Made by a program: the position numbers and the translations under genes
Notes under the pieces: generated by a model
The model's database searches: none
What the model saw: the letters and a program-made list of their open reading frames with translations, nothing else
Told to the model about the DNA's origin: nothing
Assembly (NCBI GenBank): GCA_913052135.1
Contig: CAJXDY010000002.1
Span: 33,820-97,819, forward strand
Direction of reading: 5' to 3'
Source: an uncultured Acidobacteriota bacterium
GTDB lineage: Bacteria; Acidobacteriota; Vicinamibacteria; Vicinamibacterales; UBA823
DNA length: 64,000 nucleotides
In this document: positions 1-10,285 of the stretch, piece after piece
Layout of the letters: the number at the start of each line of letters is the position of its first letter
Numbering within the stretch: position 1 is the first letter of the stretch

Positions 1-1174
1 CTAAACGCTGCCGAATACCATCCGCACCGAAGTGTCGAAGAATCATCCAGAGTTTTAGTGCACGAAACCGCCGTCCAAGTTGAATGCCGGTGTCCATCAG
101 ATTGGTGACACCTGCCGTTTCACTCGTTTTAAGGTACTCTGGGGTGAGTGTGAAGGCTGCGCGAATCATATCCATTCGTCGACAGTACAAGGCACTCAAG
201 TCAAATGGCGTGAATAGCCATTTATGTGGATTGACAACCACCGAGTCGGCTTGTGCGCAACCATCGAGTACGTGTTCGTATCCTGGCACCATTGCGGTTA
301 CGCCTGCTATGGCAGCATCGACATGCAACCAAACGCGTTCAGTCTCGCAAATTTTTGCAATGGCTGGTACGGGATCGATGCTTGTAGTGGCCGTGGTTCC
401 GACGGTGGCGATCACTGCCAAGGGGAGCAGCCCCTTCGCACGGTCGTTTTGAATAGCGCGATTGAGTGCATCTGGTCGCATTCTGAACGAAGAATCGACA
501 GGAATCTTTTGGAGGTTCTGTTGGCCAAAACCAAGCAAAAGCACTGCTTTATCGATCGATGAATGGGCCTGTTCTGAACAGTAGATTCGTAACGCGGGAA
601 GATCGGTTCGACCTGCCAAGCCTTGTTCCCGCACTTTCGGCACTGCTGCCTCGCGTGCTGCTGCCAACGCATGGAGCGTTGACACAGATGCTGTGTCATA
701 GATGACACCATCAAAACCATCCGGTAAGCCGATCAGCCGCCTGAGCCAGGCCAGCGTTACTTCTTCCAGTTCAGTTCCTGCAGGAGAAGCTTGCCATAAC
801 ATTGCATTGACGTTGAGTGCCGCTGCCAGAAACTCTGCGAGCACTCCAGGTGCGCTACCGCTGATCGGGAAATACGCCATGAAGCCTGGATGATTCCAGT
901 GCGTCAGCCCTGGGACGATGATGCGCTCGAAATCATCCAGAATGGTGTCGAAGGATTCGCCTGAATCTGGTGCGGATGTTGGAATCGCATCCCGAATATC
1001 CCCGGGCGCAACGCTCGGCAGCACTGGGTACTTCTCGGGGTTTTGAAGATACTTGGTGACCCACTCAAGGACGCGCTGGCCGTAGCGTCGAAACGCTTCC
1101 GAATCCATATCGCCGAGGTGTTGGTTCACATCATCCGAAACAGTATGTTTCGATTCGTGTGTGTCGGTGGACAT
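1..1174 (-). CDS. PLP-dependent aromatic L-amino acid decarboxylase family (group II, DDC-like); 3' end runs off the window
   Basis: Not in the ORF track because it is truncated. Manual translation from ATG 1174 (alternative ATG 1108) gives THWNHPGFMAYFP, LWQASPAGTELE, WLHVDAA, the PLP-lysine motif VNPHKWL and GRRFRALKLW. Confidence 0.92.
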   Translation of the reverse strand, partial: MSTDTHESKHTVSDDVNQHLGDMDSEAFRRYGQRVLEWVTKYLQNPEKYPVLPSVAPGDIRDAIPTSAPDSGESFDTILDDFERIIVPGLTHWNHPGFMAYFPISGSAPGVLAEFLAAALNVNAMLWQASPAGTELEEVTLAWLRRLIGLPDGFDGVIYDTASVSTLHALAAAREAAVPKVREQGLAGRTDLPALRIYCSEQAHSSIDKAVLLLGFGQQNLQKIPVDSSFRMRPDALNRAIQNDRAKGLLPLAVIATVGTTATTSIDPVPAIAKICETERVWLHVDAAIAGVTAMVPGYEHVLDGCAQADSVVVNPHKWLFTPFDLSALYCRRMDMIRAAFTLTPEYLKTSETAGVTNLMDTGIQLGRRFRALKLWMILRHFGADGIRQRL

Positions 1175-1210
1175 AATGAGATCAGATTATACCGAACAGA
1201 CTTCGTTTAG

Positions 1211-1732
1211 CTAGCGCACGTAATCCAGCGCAAATTTCTTAAGCGTCGGACTTCGCAAGCCGATTGTTTCCGCTTCGGCCGTGGCGGCTTCGACGTCCCA
1301 ATGGTCAAGTTTGACACGCTTAATCAACCACATCGCTCCGACGCGGTTTGCGGAAGCGCAGTGAATAAAGACCGGTTGGTTTGCCGGATCGGCCACGACT
1401 TCGAGGAACTCGTCGGTCGTCTCTTTAGTCGGCGTTCGGAACGGTATGTGAAAGTATTTTAAGTCAGCAGCGAGAGCCGCTTGTGCTCCAGCTTCCACAG
1501 TAGCACCGTCTTCACTTTCTGTTCTGAAGTTGATGATTGATGTGAATCCACGTCGCTTTAGTTCGGTGATAGCGTCAGGCGAGGTTGCACCGGCACAGGC
1601 GGTTGTGGCATCAACTTGAGTAAAGTTTCGAATACCCGGTACTTCTTCCTTGTTTGGCTGTTGTCCTACAAGAATGGCTGCAAACAGAATGATGTAAGTT
1701 GCAACAGTGAACGCAATCTTAAATGTTTGCAT
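1211..1732 (-). CDS. Secreted CX5R phosphatase/sulfurtransferase-like protein (DUF442/BLH-like)
   Basis: Hydrophobic N-terminal signal; IINFRTESE and FIHCASANR (C-X5-R) motifs. Confidence 0.75.
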   Translation of the reverse strand: MQTFKIAFTVATYIILFAAILVGQQPNKEEVPGIRNFTQVDATTACAGATSPDAITELKRRGFTSIINFRTESEDGATVEAGAQAALAADLKYFHIPFRTPTKETTDEFLEVVADPANQPVFIHCASANRVGAMWLIKRVKLDHWDVEAATAEAETIGLRSPTLKKFALDYVR

Positions 1733-1887
1733 ATTAAAGCATTAAACCTTTCCAGAAAAGAGTGAGTTTCAGCAACTCAACAGGATTTGTGCGCGATACT
1801 GGTTTTCATGATTTATGATGGAGCAGTTCTTACCACCTAACATATTAACACGTGCTGTTTGCGTTACTAGTAGGAGCTATCCCTAAC

Positions 1888-2172
1888 ATGAGTGACTTAC
1901 TTTCCGATGCGATAGTTGATGAACAACTCAAGGAATTACCCGGCTGGGAACGTGTCAGAGATTCACTACAGAAGGAATTTACCTTCGACTCGTTTCCTAG
2001 TGCGATTGCGTTCGCGGTACGACTTGCTTTCGAGTCTGAGACCGTCGATCATCATCCTGACATCATGATCCAGTACAAGCGAGTTAAACTGACGTACTCA
2101 ACACATTCAGCTGGCGGTCTTACTCAAAAAGATATTGATGGAGCGCGAATTGCAAATCAGGTGATGTCGTAG
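1888..2172 (+). CDS. phhB: Pterin-4-alpha-carbinolamine dehydratase
   Basis: DHHPDI motif, LTYSTHSAGGLTQKD; AGGAG SD precedes ATG 1888. Confidence 0.9.
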   Translation: MSDLLSDAIVDEQLKELPGWERVRDSLQKEFTFDSFPSAIAFAVRLAFESETVDHHPDIMIQYKRVKLTYSTHSAGGLTQKDIDGARIANQVMS

Positions 2173-2232
2173 TATCGAATCAGTGTCTTGGCTCGAGTAT
2201 GCTGACCTAGTCCATTTTGTTCGGGAGTTAGC

Positions 2233-2745
2233 GTGAGCAGCGTCAAACTTAAGAAAAATTATAGCTCTCGCGAAGTAGCCTCTCTCACTGGGTTGTCTGC
2301 CAGACAACTGCAGTGGTGGGATGCGCGGAAACTGTTTTCGCCAACGGTCGCCTCACACCCTACACAAGCCGGAGGTTTTACTGAACGCAGGTATTCGCCG
2401 GTTGAGTTGTACGAGCTACTGGTTCTTGCGGACCTCCGCCGCCGCGGATTTTCTATTACCAAGATCCGCGCTCTGCTGGATATTCTCAAAAGCCGATTCG
2501 GTGTTCGACTTTACGATGCGATTGGCGACGGTGATAAGGTGACGCTGCTTACCGACGGGCGTGACATCTATGCGAGAACTACTTCGGGAGATTTTTATAA
2601 TCTGCTTGCTGAACCTAACCAGCCACTTCTTGTGCTCGGCAAAGAGGATACGTTGAAAGCGCTCTCCACTCGTATTAGTCGGCGCCGTAGAAAGAGCAAG
2701 TCCAAGCGGGCCAAACAAGGCAAGAAACCAGTTGTGAGTCGTTAG
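2233..2745 (+). CDS. MerR-family HTH transcriptional regulator
   Basis: YSSREVASLTGLSARQLQWWD...RRYS N-terminal MerR HTH; GTG start; basic C-terminal tail. Confidence 0.85.
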   Translation: MSSVKLKKNYSSREVASLTGLSARQLQWWDARKLFSPTVASHPTQAGGFTERRYSPVELYELLVLADLRRRGFSITKIRALLDILKSRFGVRLYDAIGDGDKVTLLTDGRDIYARTTSGDFYNLLAEPNQPLLVLGKEDTLKALSTRISRRRRKSKSKRAKQGKKPVVSR

Positions 2746-2747
2746 GA

Positions 2748-3872
2748 CTAGGTAACTTTTCCTCTGGCCGTGATCGGAATGCTCTGAACGACAGTCAAAT
2801 CGTCCACGAGAAACACGGTGTCAACTAGATTTGATACGACACAAGAGTGGTTGGGCAGGATTCTCACACGGTCGCCAGGCTCAAGCCGACTTGAGCCATT
2901 CTGGGCTATTACCACAGCATGTTCCTCTGACAAGCGATCGATAAACAAGGTGTCATCAGGAGTGGTCGTTTCCAGTTTTGTGAAAACTGCACCGTAACCT
3001 TTCGGCTGTACCTTGCCTCGTCCTGTGTCTGAGGTGAGTATCTTGCTTCCACAGTCAAGAATTAATCGATCTTCAGCCGGTTTTGAAACAACGGTCGCCA
3101 AGACCGATAAGGCACAATCCTGAAGCGTGGCTGAACCGATCGCGACTTGACTCCGGTCGTAGTAGACGTAGTTTCCTGGGCGTAATTCAGTTAATCCAGG
3201 TTCTGTAGCACTAATAAGTGCAGTTGCGGTTGCCCCAACACTAATTTCGTCGATCGCGACACCAACACGGCGAGACTCGTTCGCTAAATTTCGAAGCATG
3301 GCTGCTTCGTCTCTAGCGATTGCTACTCGTTCGTCGTCCGACTTCACGTCGTAGCTATGTCCTGCGTGACTGAGCAATCCGCGAAGACGAAGACCTTGAA
3401 GTGCTACCGTTTGTTGGAGAAACTTGACCGCAGTTTGCAGATCAGGGTCTATGCCGCATCGATGATAGCCAACGTCGACCTTAACTAGCACATCGAGCTG
3501 TTTCCCATGTTCCACCATAAACCGTGACCAGTTCTCAGCGACACGTAGGTGATCGATAGCGATTGATACATGTACACGATCCATTAGTGCAGCCAAACGG
3601 GTCGCGTTTGATGGATTTATTGGGTAGGGAAGACGAATGTCACTACAACCAGCATCTGCAAAAACTTCAGCCTCGCCAATTTTAGCGCAGCAGATACCTT
3701 GGGCGCCGTGGTCGAGTTGCCAGCGGGCAATAAGGGGACTCTTGTGTGTTTTAGTGTGAGGTCGTAGCGCTATCCCTCCGTCCGTCGCGGCACGTTGCAT
3801 CCGACCGATGTTAGCTACAAGTCTTTTACGTTCAATGAGGACTTGCGGAGTCGGCACAGCACTCAATTGCAC
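2748..3872 (-). CDS. Fold-type III PLP enzyme, D-threonine aldolase / DSD1 D-serine dehydratase family
   Basis: LRPHTKTHK (PLP Lys), HAGH, ELRPGNY, LSEEH and PNHSC metal-ligand motifs. Confidence 0.88.
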   Translation of the reverse strand: MQLSAVPTPQVLIERKRLVANIGRMQRAATDGGIALRPHTKTHKSPLIARWQLDHGAQGICCAKIGEAEVFADAGCSDIRLPYPINPSNATRLAALMDRVHVSIAIDHLRVAENWSRFMVEHGKQLDVLVKVDVGYHRCGIDPDLQTAVKFLQQTVALQGLRLRGLLSHAGHSYDVKSDDERVAIARDEAAMLRNLANESRRVGVAIDEISVGATATALISATEPGLTELRPGNYVYYDRSQVAIGSATLQDCALSVLATVVSKPAEDRLILDCGSKILTSDTGRGKVQPKGYGAVFTKLETTTPDDTLFIDRLSEEHAVVIAQNGSSRLEPGDRVRILPNHSCVVSNLVDTVFLVDDLTVVQSIPITARGKVT

Positions 3873-3896
3873 AGGTTTTTCCTTTTCAATGGCGTA

Positions 3897-5486
3897 TCAA
3901 AAGATCCGCACGCGACTCTGCTCACGTAGAAATTGTTGGACGTAGTAGGCGCCCCCGGCACCGCGACCCGAAGATCCACTACCTTTCCAACCACCAAATG
4001 GATTGATGCCGGGCCAAGCTCCAGTGGTTGCGCCAGCTTGTCGATTGGCATACACAACACCCGCTTGGATCCGATCAAAGAACTGGGCAATTTCTGATTC
4101 ATCCTCTGTAAAGATTCCTGCTGTCAAGCCGTACTCGGTTTGGTTAGACAGTTCGAGTGCTTCATCGAGTGACGCGATGCTACCGACAACAGTGAGTGGC
4201 ACGAATAACTCATCGACGAATAGTCGATGATCCAACGGGAGTCCGTCTATCACAGTGGGTTCAAGGAAATATCCATGCCGCAATAGGTCCTCCGTGATGC
4301 GTCTACCTCCCGTAAGAATCCGTCCACCGTCTTGCCCGGCTTCCTCAATGGCGCGTTCGTACGTTTTGATCGCTTGTTCGTTGATCACTGGACCAAGCCA
4401 TTTATTCCGGTCCATTGGATCGCCAACAGTGATTTGTTTTGTTTTTTCGACCAAGAGCTCAACGAAACGATCTTTTACCTCCGCTGCGACATACACGCGA
4501 GAGCATGCAGAACACTTCTGTCCCTGGGCGCCAAAGGCCGACCGCCAAACACCCTCGCTAGCCTTTTCGAGGTTAGCGGAGTTCATCACGATTGCTGGAT
4601 TCTTGCCTCCCATTTCTGTGATCACTGGGCGTGGTGTCTGTCGTCTACCGTTTTCACTTGCCAGCAACATGCCGACTTCCTTTGAACCGGTAAAGACAAT
4701 ACCGTTGATGCCTGGGTTAGCACTGATTTCCTGTCCAACCGTGGAACCAGGACCAGTGACAACATTGAGTACCCCCGGTGGTAATCCGGCTGCCGTCGCA
4801 ATTTCGTACAGCTTGATGCCGAGTAATGGCGTGTCGGTTGCTGGTTTCAATACTACAGTGTTACCTGTTACCAAGGCAGCACCGACAGGCCCGGCTGCTA
4901 GGGCCATGGGGAAGTTGAATGGTGCAATTACTCCCCAGACTCCATACGGTCGAAGGACACTTGTGTTTTCCTCGCCTGGTCCCAGTGCGTCCATTTTCAG
5001 CGCGAAGCCAGCGTTGGCTTCCATCTGGCTGCAGTAATACGCCATGAAGTCGGCTGACTCTTCGATATCACCAACGCATTCAAGCCGGTTCTTACCAGTT
5101 TCGTATCCCATCCATGCTGATAAGTCCCATCGGTTTTTACGAATGCCTTCAGAAATGTTGCGCACCACGGCCACACGTTCTTCCCAAGGTTTGGCGCTCC
5201 ATGACTTTGCCGCAGCATTTGCAGCACGTACGGCGTCACGAACATGATCCGCAGTGCCAGTCTGAAAGCGTGCCAGTACTTGTCGGGTGTCTATCGGACT
5301 GACATCATCGAACTGTTCAGCTGATTCGATGGCTTGTCCATCAATATACATGGGGTGTGTCTGGCCGAACTTCGGGGTGATTCGTTCGATGGCTCGGTCA
5401 ATGCCGTTATGCAGATCATTCATCTGGTCTGCGCTCATTGTCGCGTAGGTGATCTTCTGGTCTTGGGTCGGTTCTACCATTGCCAC
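3897..5486 (-). CDS. Aldehyde dehydrogenase, 1-pyrroline-5-carboxylate dehydrogenase (RocA/PruA)-like
   Basis: APFNFP, FTGS, EMGGKN, GQKCSACSR, ELFVP and PFGGWKGSG motifs. Confidence 0.88.
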   Translation of the reverse strand: MAMVEPTQDQKITYATMSADQMNDLHNGIDRAIERITPKFGQTHPMYIDGQAIESAEQFDDVSPIDTRQVLARFQTGTADHVRDAVRAANAAAKSWSAKPWEERVAVVRNISEGIRKNRWDLSAWMGYETGKNRLECVGDIEESADFMAYYCSQMEANAGFALKMDALGPGEENTSVLRPYGVWGVIAPFNFPMALAAGPVGAALVTGNTVVLKPATDTPLLGIKLYEIATAAGLPPGVLNVVTGPGSTVGQEISANPGINGIVFTGSKEVGMLLASENGRRQTPRPVITEMGGKNPAIVMNSANLEKASEGVWRSAFGAQGQKCSACSRVYVAAEVKDRFVELLVEKTKQITVGDPMDRNKWLGPVINEQAIKTYERAIEEAGQDGGRILTGGRRITEDLLRHGYFLEPTVIDGLPLDHRLFVDELFVPLTVVGSIASLDEALELSNQTEYGLTAGIFTEDESEIAQFFDRIQAGVVYANRQAGATTGAWPGINPFGGWKGSGSSGRGAGGAYYVQQFLREQSRVRIF

Positions 5487-5547
5487 TACCTTTCCTCTCG
5501 ATAAATGTTCTTCATTGTAGCCTTAGCCTCTTAAGTAGCATCAGACT

Positions 5548-7164
5548 TTAGGATCTTTTTCGACGGTCTTTTAAGACTTCCCGACTTGCATTCATGCCGC
5601 AGGCTCCCGTCACACCTCCACCAGGATGTGTACCTGCTCCACAGAGGTATAGTTGGCGCATGGGTGTACGGTACTGTGACAAGCTAGGGAGTGGTCGCAG
5701 GTTGAACAACTGGTCGAGCGCATGTTCTCCATGAAAAATATGACCGCCAGTCATTCCATAAGTTGATTCAAAATCGAACGGTGTCAAAACCTGCTGGCCG
5801 ACGATGTGCTGGTCGAGTGTTGGTACGTAATGCCGAAGTTCAGCGAGAACAGCGTCTTTAAACGGGTCACGCGATTGATCCCAATTACTGTCACGAAGCT
5901 GATACGGTGCAAATTGGGCACAAATAGACAACACATGGTGTCCAGTTGGCGCAAGTGTGGGATCGGTGAGTGTCGGAATAGTAATGTCCATGTACGGATG
6001 ATCTGAATATCGACCGTACTTCGATGCATCAAACGCTCGCTCAAGATAATCCAGGTCTGGACCAATGTGTATCCGGCCTGATAATGCTGAGGCGGCCTCG
6101 GTTTTCGTTGCTGTGTTTAACGCCGTGAATACAGGCAGTGCATCTAACGCCAAATTGATTTTCGCCATGACGCCGCGAGTCCGAATATTCTGTAATTTAG
6201 TGACGAAGTTCGGGTCAAGATTGGCTGGATCGACAAGGTGTAGCAATGTGCGTTTTGGATCAACATTTGAAATCACAGTCGAGGCTGTAATTTCTTCTCC
6301 GTCATCAAGAACAACACCAACTGCTTGACCGGACTTCACCGTGATTCGTGTGACCTCAACGTTATTACGAATTGTCGCACCGGCGGCCTCGGCTGCTGCT
6401 GCCATTCCTTGAGTGAGGGCTCCAAGACCACCTTGGAATCCATGGATTGCCCCGACTGGATGATCGCTAAGCGCTGCTTGCAGTAGCAACGCTGCACCAG
6501 ATCCAACTGACCGGGGACCACGGAAATCGCCATAGATACCACGTGCCGCGAGGAGGGACTTTAGTATGTCCGTTTCAAACCATTCGGCGAGGAGGTCAGC
6601 CACAGGCATGGGTAGCCAGCGCAGGAGACGGAATCCGTTAGTTCGACCGAGGGCGCGAAATTTACGGCTTGTTTTAAGGAATTGCCAAGCGTCGGCTAAC
6701 GTTGGCGTTTCGATTGACGGTGGTGTACGCCAAAGGACATCCCTCAGCAAGTCACTTATTTGGTGAATGCTTTGATTGAATTCTTGGTAACGCTCGCCAT
6801 CTTTCCTGGATAATTTCGAAATTTCCTCCACTGTGCGGTCTGCGTCAACATATGCGACAAGTCGCTGCCCGTCCAAAAGGGGTGCGAAGGCGCAAGTTTC
6901 TGGCTCCAATCGTTTCACACCAAATTGATGCAATTTCATATCGCGGATAATGTTTGGATGAACCGGTCCAGCGGAGTGTGCGAGTGTGGAGCAGCGGAAA
7001 CCAGGACACAACTCTGACGTAATTGCTGCGCCACCGACCATGCTTCGACGTTCTAACACCAACGGCTTCAATCCCGCTTTAGCAAGATAAAAAGCTGCGA
7101 CCAGTCCGTTGTGTCCTCCACCTATGATAACGGTGTCGACAGCGTGGTTACGTGTCACGTTCAT
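5548..7164 (-). CDS. Phytoene desaturase (CrtI)-like FAD-dependent oxidoreductase, paralogue B
   Basis: IIGGGHNGLVAAFYLA dinucleotide fold; LYLCGAGTHPGGGVTG C-terminal motif. Confidence 0.85.
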   Translation of the reverse strand: MNVTRNHAVDTVIIGGGHNGLVAAFYLAKAGLKPLVLERRSMVGGAAITSELCPGFRCSTLAHSAGPVHPNIIRDMKLHQFGVKRLEPETCAFAPLLDGQRLVAYVDADRTVEEISKLSRKDGERYQEFNQSIHQISDLLRDVLWRTPPSIETPTLADAWQFLKTSRKFRALGRTNGFRLLRWLPMPVADLLAEWFETDILKSLLAARGIYGDFRGPRSVGSGAALLLQAALSDHPVGAIHGFQGGLGALTQGMAAAAEAAGATIRNNVEVTRITVKSGQAVGVVLDDGEEITASTVISNVDPKRTLLHLVDPANLDPNFVTKLQNIRTRGVMAKINLALDALPVFTALNTATKTEAASALSGRIHIGPDLDYLERAFDASKYGRYSDHPYMDITIPTLTDPTLAPTGHHVLSICAQFAPYQLRDSNWDQSRDPFKDAVLAELRHYVPTLDQHIVGQQVLTPFDFESTYGMTGGHIFHGEHALDQLFNLRPLPSLSQYRTPMRQLYLCGAGTHPGGGVTGACGMNASREVLKDRRKRS

Positions 7165-7188
7165 ATGGTTCCTATCGAATGAGGCACA

Positions 7189-8787
7189 TCAGCAGGCTCC
7201 ATCGAATTTTGAGTTACCCAATATACGTTGAGCAGCGTTTCGTCCTGGAGCTCCCATAATGCCGCCTCCAGGATGAGCTCCAGACCCGCACATATAAAGG
7301 TTTTTGATGGGGGTTTGGTAGTTTGCCCAGCCTGGCGCTGGGCGCAGGAAGAACAATTGTTCAAGTGAAAGCTCACCTTGGAAAATATTCCCTTCGGTCA
7401 ATCCAAACTCCCGCTCCAGATCGAGAGGTGTCAGCACCTGACGATGCAACACAATGTTTTTCAGGTTTGGCGCATACTCTGCGAGTGTGTCAATAACACA
7501 GTCGCCAAAATGTTCCCGCTCACTATCCCAATCTCCTTGCTTTAGGTGGTATGGCGCGTACTGCACGAAACACGACATTACGTGTTTGCCAGGTGGAGCG
7601 ACAGTCGGATCTGTTAGGCTTGGAATAACGATATCTATATAAGGTCGTTCAGAGTATTGCCCATATTTCGCATCGTCGTATGCACGTTCGATGTAATCGA
7701 TGCTCGGAGAAATCGAGATTGCACCTCGTAGGTGAGAGCCCGCACCAGGTAGACATGTAAAATCCGGTAGCGTGTCTAATGCAAGGTTGACTTTACCTGA
7801 TGATCCACGAAACTTATATCGACGGATGTCATCAGAAAACTCGTCTGGTAAATGTTCGCTTCCCACCATCTTTAGAAAAGTCAAACGTGGATCAACACTT
7901 GACGCTATAACATCGGCATACACACAGTCACCGTTCTCAAGCACGACGCCAGTGGCACGTCCGCGTTTGACCAAAATTTTTGAAACGCTAGCCTCCGTTT
8001 CAATTTCCGCACCGGCTTCCCTTGCGGCTTTAGCGATTGCATTGGAGATTGCCCCTGTACCACCACGTGGTAATCCCCAAGATCGGAAAGCCCCATCAAT
8101 TTCACCCATATAGTGATGTAGCAGCACAAACGCGGTGCCTGGGGAACGCACGCCCAGAAACGTACCTATAATTCCAGACGCTGCCATTGTTGCCTTCAGT
8201 ACATCAGTTTCAAACCACTGATTCAGGAGATCGACTGCGCTCATGGTCATGAGTTGAATTTGTTTATGCTGGTTGTCAGATGACAAATTCCTAAAGCGCT
8301 TGCCAATTGACATAAGTTGCATAAGGGCACGCGGGTTGAAAGACATTGGATCAGGTGGTGTCATGCTCAGCAGCGGCTTGACGAACCGACCCATCTCGAA
8401 CATCGTTCTGCCGTAGTCTTCATAGGCCTCGGCATCAAGTCGGGAATGTCTAGCGATTTCCCGTCGAGTTGTCGCATGGTCGTTCACCCGCCAGAGATAG
8501 TCACCGTCAGGCATCGGTGTAAAGGTGCCGTCCAGCGGCAAAATTTCGAGACCATGCTTCGGGAGATTAAGATCGCGAATAATCTCAGGTCGAAGGAGAG
8601 ACACGACGTAAGAACAGACAGAGAAGGTGAAGCCAGGGAAGACTTCTTCACTAACGGCGGCGCCGCCCAATACATGACGACGTTCGAGCACCAATGTTTT
8701 CTTGCCGGCGCGCGCAAGGTACGCCGCTGTTACTAAACCATTGTGCCCACCACCAATGATGACAGCATCATACTTACCGGTCGTCAT
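7189..8787 (-). CDS. Phytoene desaturase (CrtI)-like FAD-dependent oxidoreductase, paralogue A
   Basis: Start revised to ATG 8787 (MTTGKYDAVIIGGGHNGL); LYMCGSGAHPGGGIMGAPG; the upstream ORF extension overlaps the divergent gene. Confidence 0.85.
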   Translation of the reverse strand: MTTGKYDAVIIGGGHNGLVTAAYLARAGKKTLVLERRHVLGGAAVSEEVFPGFTFSVCSYVVSLLRPEIIRDLNLPKHGLEILPLDGTFTPMPDGDYLWRVNDHATTRREIARHSRLDAEAYEDYGRTMFEMGRFVKPLLSMTPPDPMSFNPRALMQLMSIGKRFRNLSSDNQHKQIQLMTMSAVDLLNQWFETDVLKATMAASGIIGTFLGVRSPGTAFVLLHHYMGEIDGAFRSWGLPRGGTGAISNAIAKAAREAGAEIETEASVSKILVKRGRATGVVLENGDCVYADVIASSVDPRLTFLKMVGSEHLPDEFSDDIRRYKFRGSSGKVNLALDTLPDFTCLPGAGSHLRGAISISPSIDYIERAYDDAKYGQYSERPYIDIVIPSLTDPTVAPPGKHVMSCFVQYAPYHLKQGDWDSEREHFGDCVIDTLAEYAPNLKNIVLHRQVLTPLDLEREFGLTEGNIFQGELSLEQLFFLRPAPGWANYQTPIKNLYMCGSGAHPGGGIMGAPGRNAAQRILGNSKFDGAC

Positions 8788-8961
8788 GTCGCTATTTGTC
8801 CAATGATTGCAAGAGTTAATGTTTGAATGTGGAGATCGACGTGTTTCGTTCCATGCTCCAATCTGACATTGTATGCGATCGACTGGCCTTGTCGGAATCG
8901 CCTTCCACTCTCTATAATCCGATAAGGACGTCAGAACAAGACTTCGGAGATAGGAGTAATA

Positions 8962-10173
8962 GTGCCAATTGGATCGGCCGTGCACGCGCGAACCTTGCAG
9001 TTATGCGAAAGTCTTAATTATCGTGACTGGTCTGGATATTATGCAGTTAGTGCGTATGAAAGTCACCACGACTACGAGTACAGTGCTATTCGCACAGGCG
9101 CTGCTTTAATTGACATCTCTCCACTGTACAAATATCTCATCAAGGGGCCTGATGCGGAGCGCTTGGTTAACCGCGTGATTACGCGAGATGTGACGAAGTT
9201 AAAAGTTGGCCAGGTTACTTACACGACTTGGTGTGATGAATTTGGAAAAGTCATTGATGATGGCACGGTGTCGAAGTTGGCAGAAGATCGCTATCGCTGG
9301 ACTGCGGCCGACCCAAACCTGCTCTGGTTTCAGCGCAATGCCCGTGGTTTAAACGTGTCCATCGAAGATATATCACAAGAAATGGCGGCTTTGGCTATCC
9401 AGGGTCCCATGTCGGCTAAAGTGCTTGGTCGACTTTCTGATTGCGATCTACAGAACCTGAAGTACTTTCGGGTTTTGAGTACTACTTTAGCCAACCTCTC
9501 CGTAGACGTGTCACGTACTGGGTACACAGGTGATCTCGGTTATGAGTTATGGATGAAATGGCAGGATGCGGTCAAAGTATGGGATGCGGTTATCGGCCTT
9601 AAGTCGTTATTTGGTGTGCGACCGGTGGGCATGTTGGCGCTAGATGTTGCTCGCATCGAAGCTGGTTTGCTACTAACCGACGTGGATTTTGTTAGTAGCC
9701 GTAAGGCGCTGACTTCGTCACAATCCTATTCGCCGTTCGAAATGGGATTAGGGCGGCTGGTTAGTCTCGACAAAGAATGTTTTGTCGGCCAAACGGCTCT
9801 TCAGAATGAGTATCGTAGAGGATCGACTCGTCAAATTGTTGGGCTTGAGGTTGACTGGGCTCAAATCGAACGTTTGTATGATCGAGCGCAACTGCCCGCT
9901 GAACCTCCAATGGTCGCGTCCCGAGAAGCTGTACCGATTTACAACAATAATGTTCAGATTGGCAAGGTAACATCAATGACTTGGTCACCCGCACTGAAGA
10001 AGTTGATCGCCCTTGGTACTTTAGCGAAAAATAGTTGCGAACAGGGCAATCACGTCCAAGTCGAGTACACCATCGACGCGGTCCGGTACAAAGTAAATGC
10101 CACGGTGGCTAAGACACCATTCTTTAATCCCCCGCGTAAGGTTTCGACCTCGCCAATTGAAGATCCAAATTAG
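8962..10173 (+). CDS. GcvT-like aminomethyltransferase family protein
   Basis: LIDISPL, VIDDG, RTGYTGDLGYELW, ARIEAG; GGAG SD before GTG. Confidence 0.88.
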   Translation: MPIGSAVHARTLQLCESLNYRDWSGYYAVSAYESHHDYEYSAIRTGAALIDISPLYKYLIKGPDAERLVNRVITRDVTKLKVGQVTYTTWCDEFGKVIDDGTVSKLAEDRYRWTAADPNLLWFQRNARGLNVSIEDISQEMAALAIQGPMSAKVLGRLSDCDLQNLKYFRVLSTTLANLSVDVSRTGYTGDLGYELWMKWQDAVKVWDAVIGLKSLFGVRPVGMLALDVARIEAGLLLTDVDFVSSRKALTSSQSYSPFEMGLGRLVSLDKECFVGQTALQNEYRRGSTRQIVGLEVDWAQIERLYDRAQLPAEPPMVASREAVPIYNNNVQIGKVTSMTWSPALKKLIALGTLAKNSCEQGNHVQVEYTIDAVRYKVNATVAKTPFFNPPRKVSTSPIEDPN

Positions 10174-10285
10174 TAATTACGATTTTTTCGAAGCTTCTAA
10201 AGTGCGCAACTAAGTCCCAGAGTCTCGTATATGTATATAATGTGATGTTCATCTAGTTACAATCTTGTCTTCAAGGAGGACTCCA

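Noticed and set aside
5548-8787. Carotenoid biosynthesis cluster
   Set aside because: No adjacent crtB/crtE/crtY; the synthase-like gene is about 30 kb away, and the neighbours are amine-catabolic.
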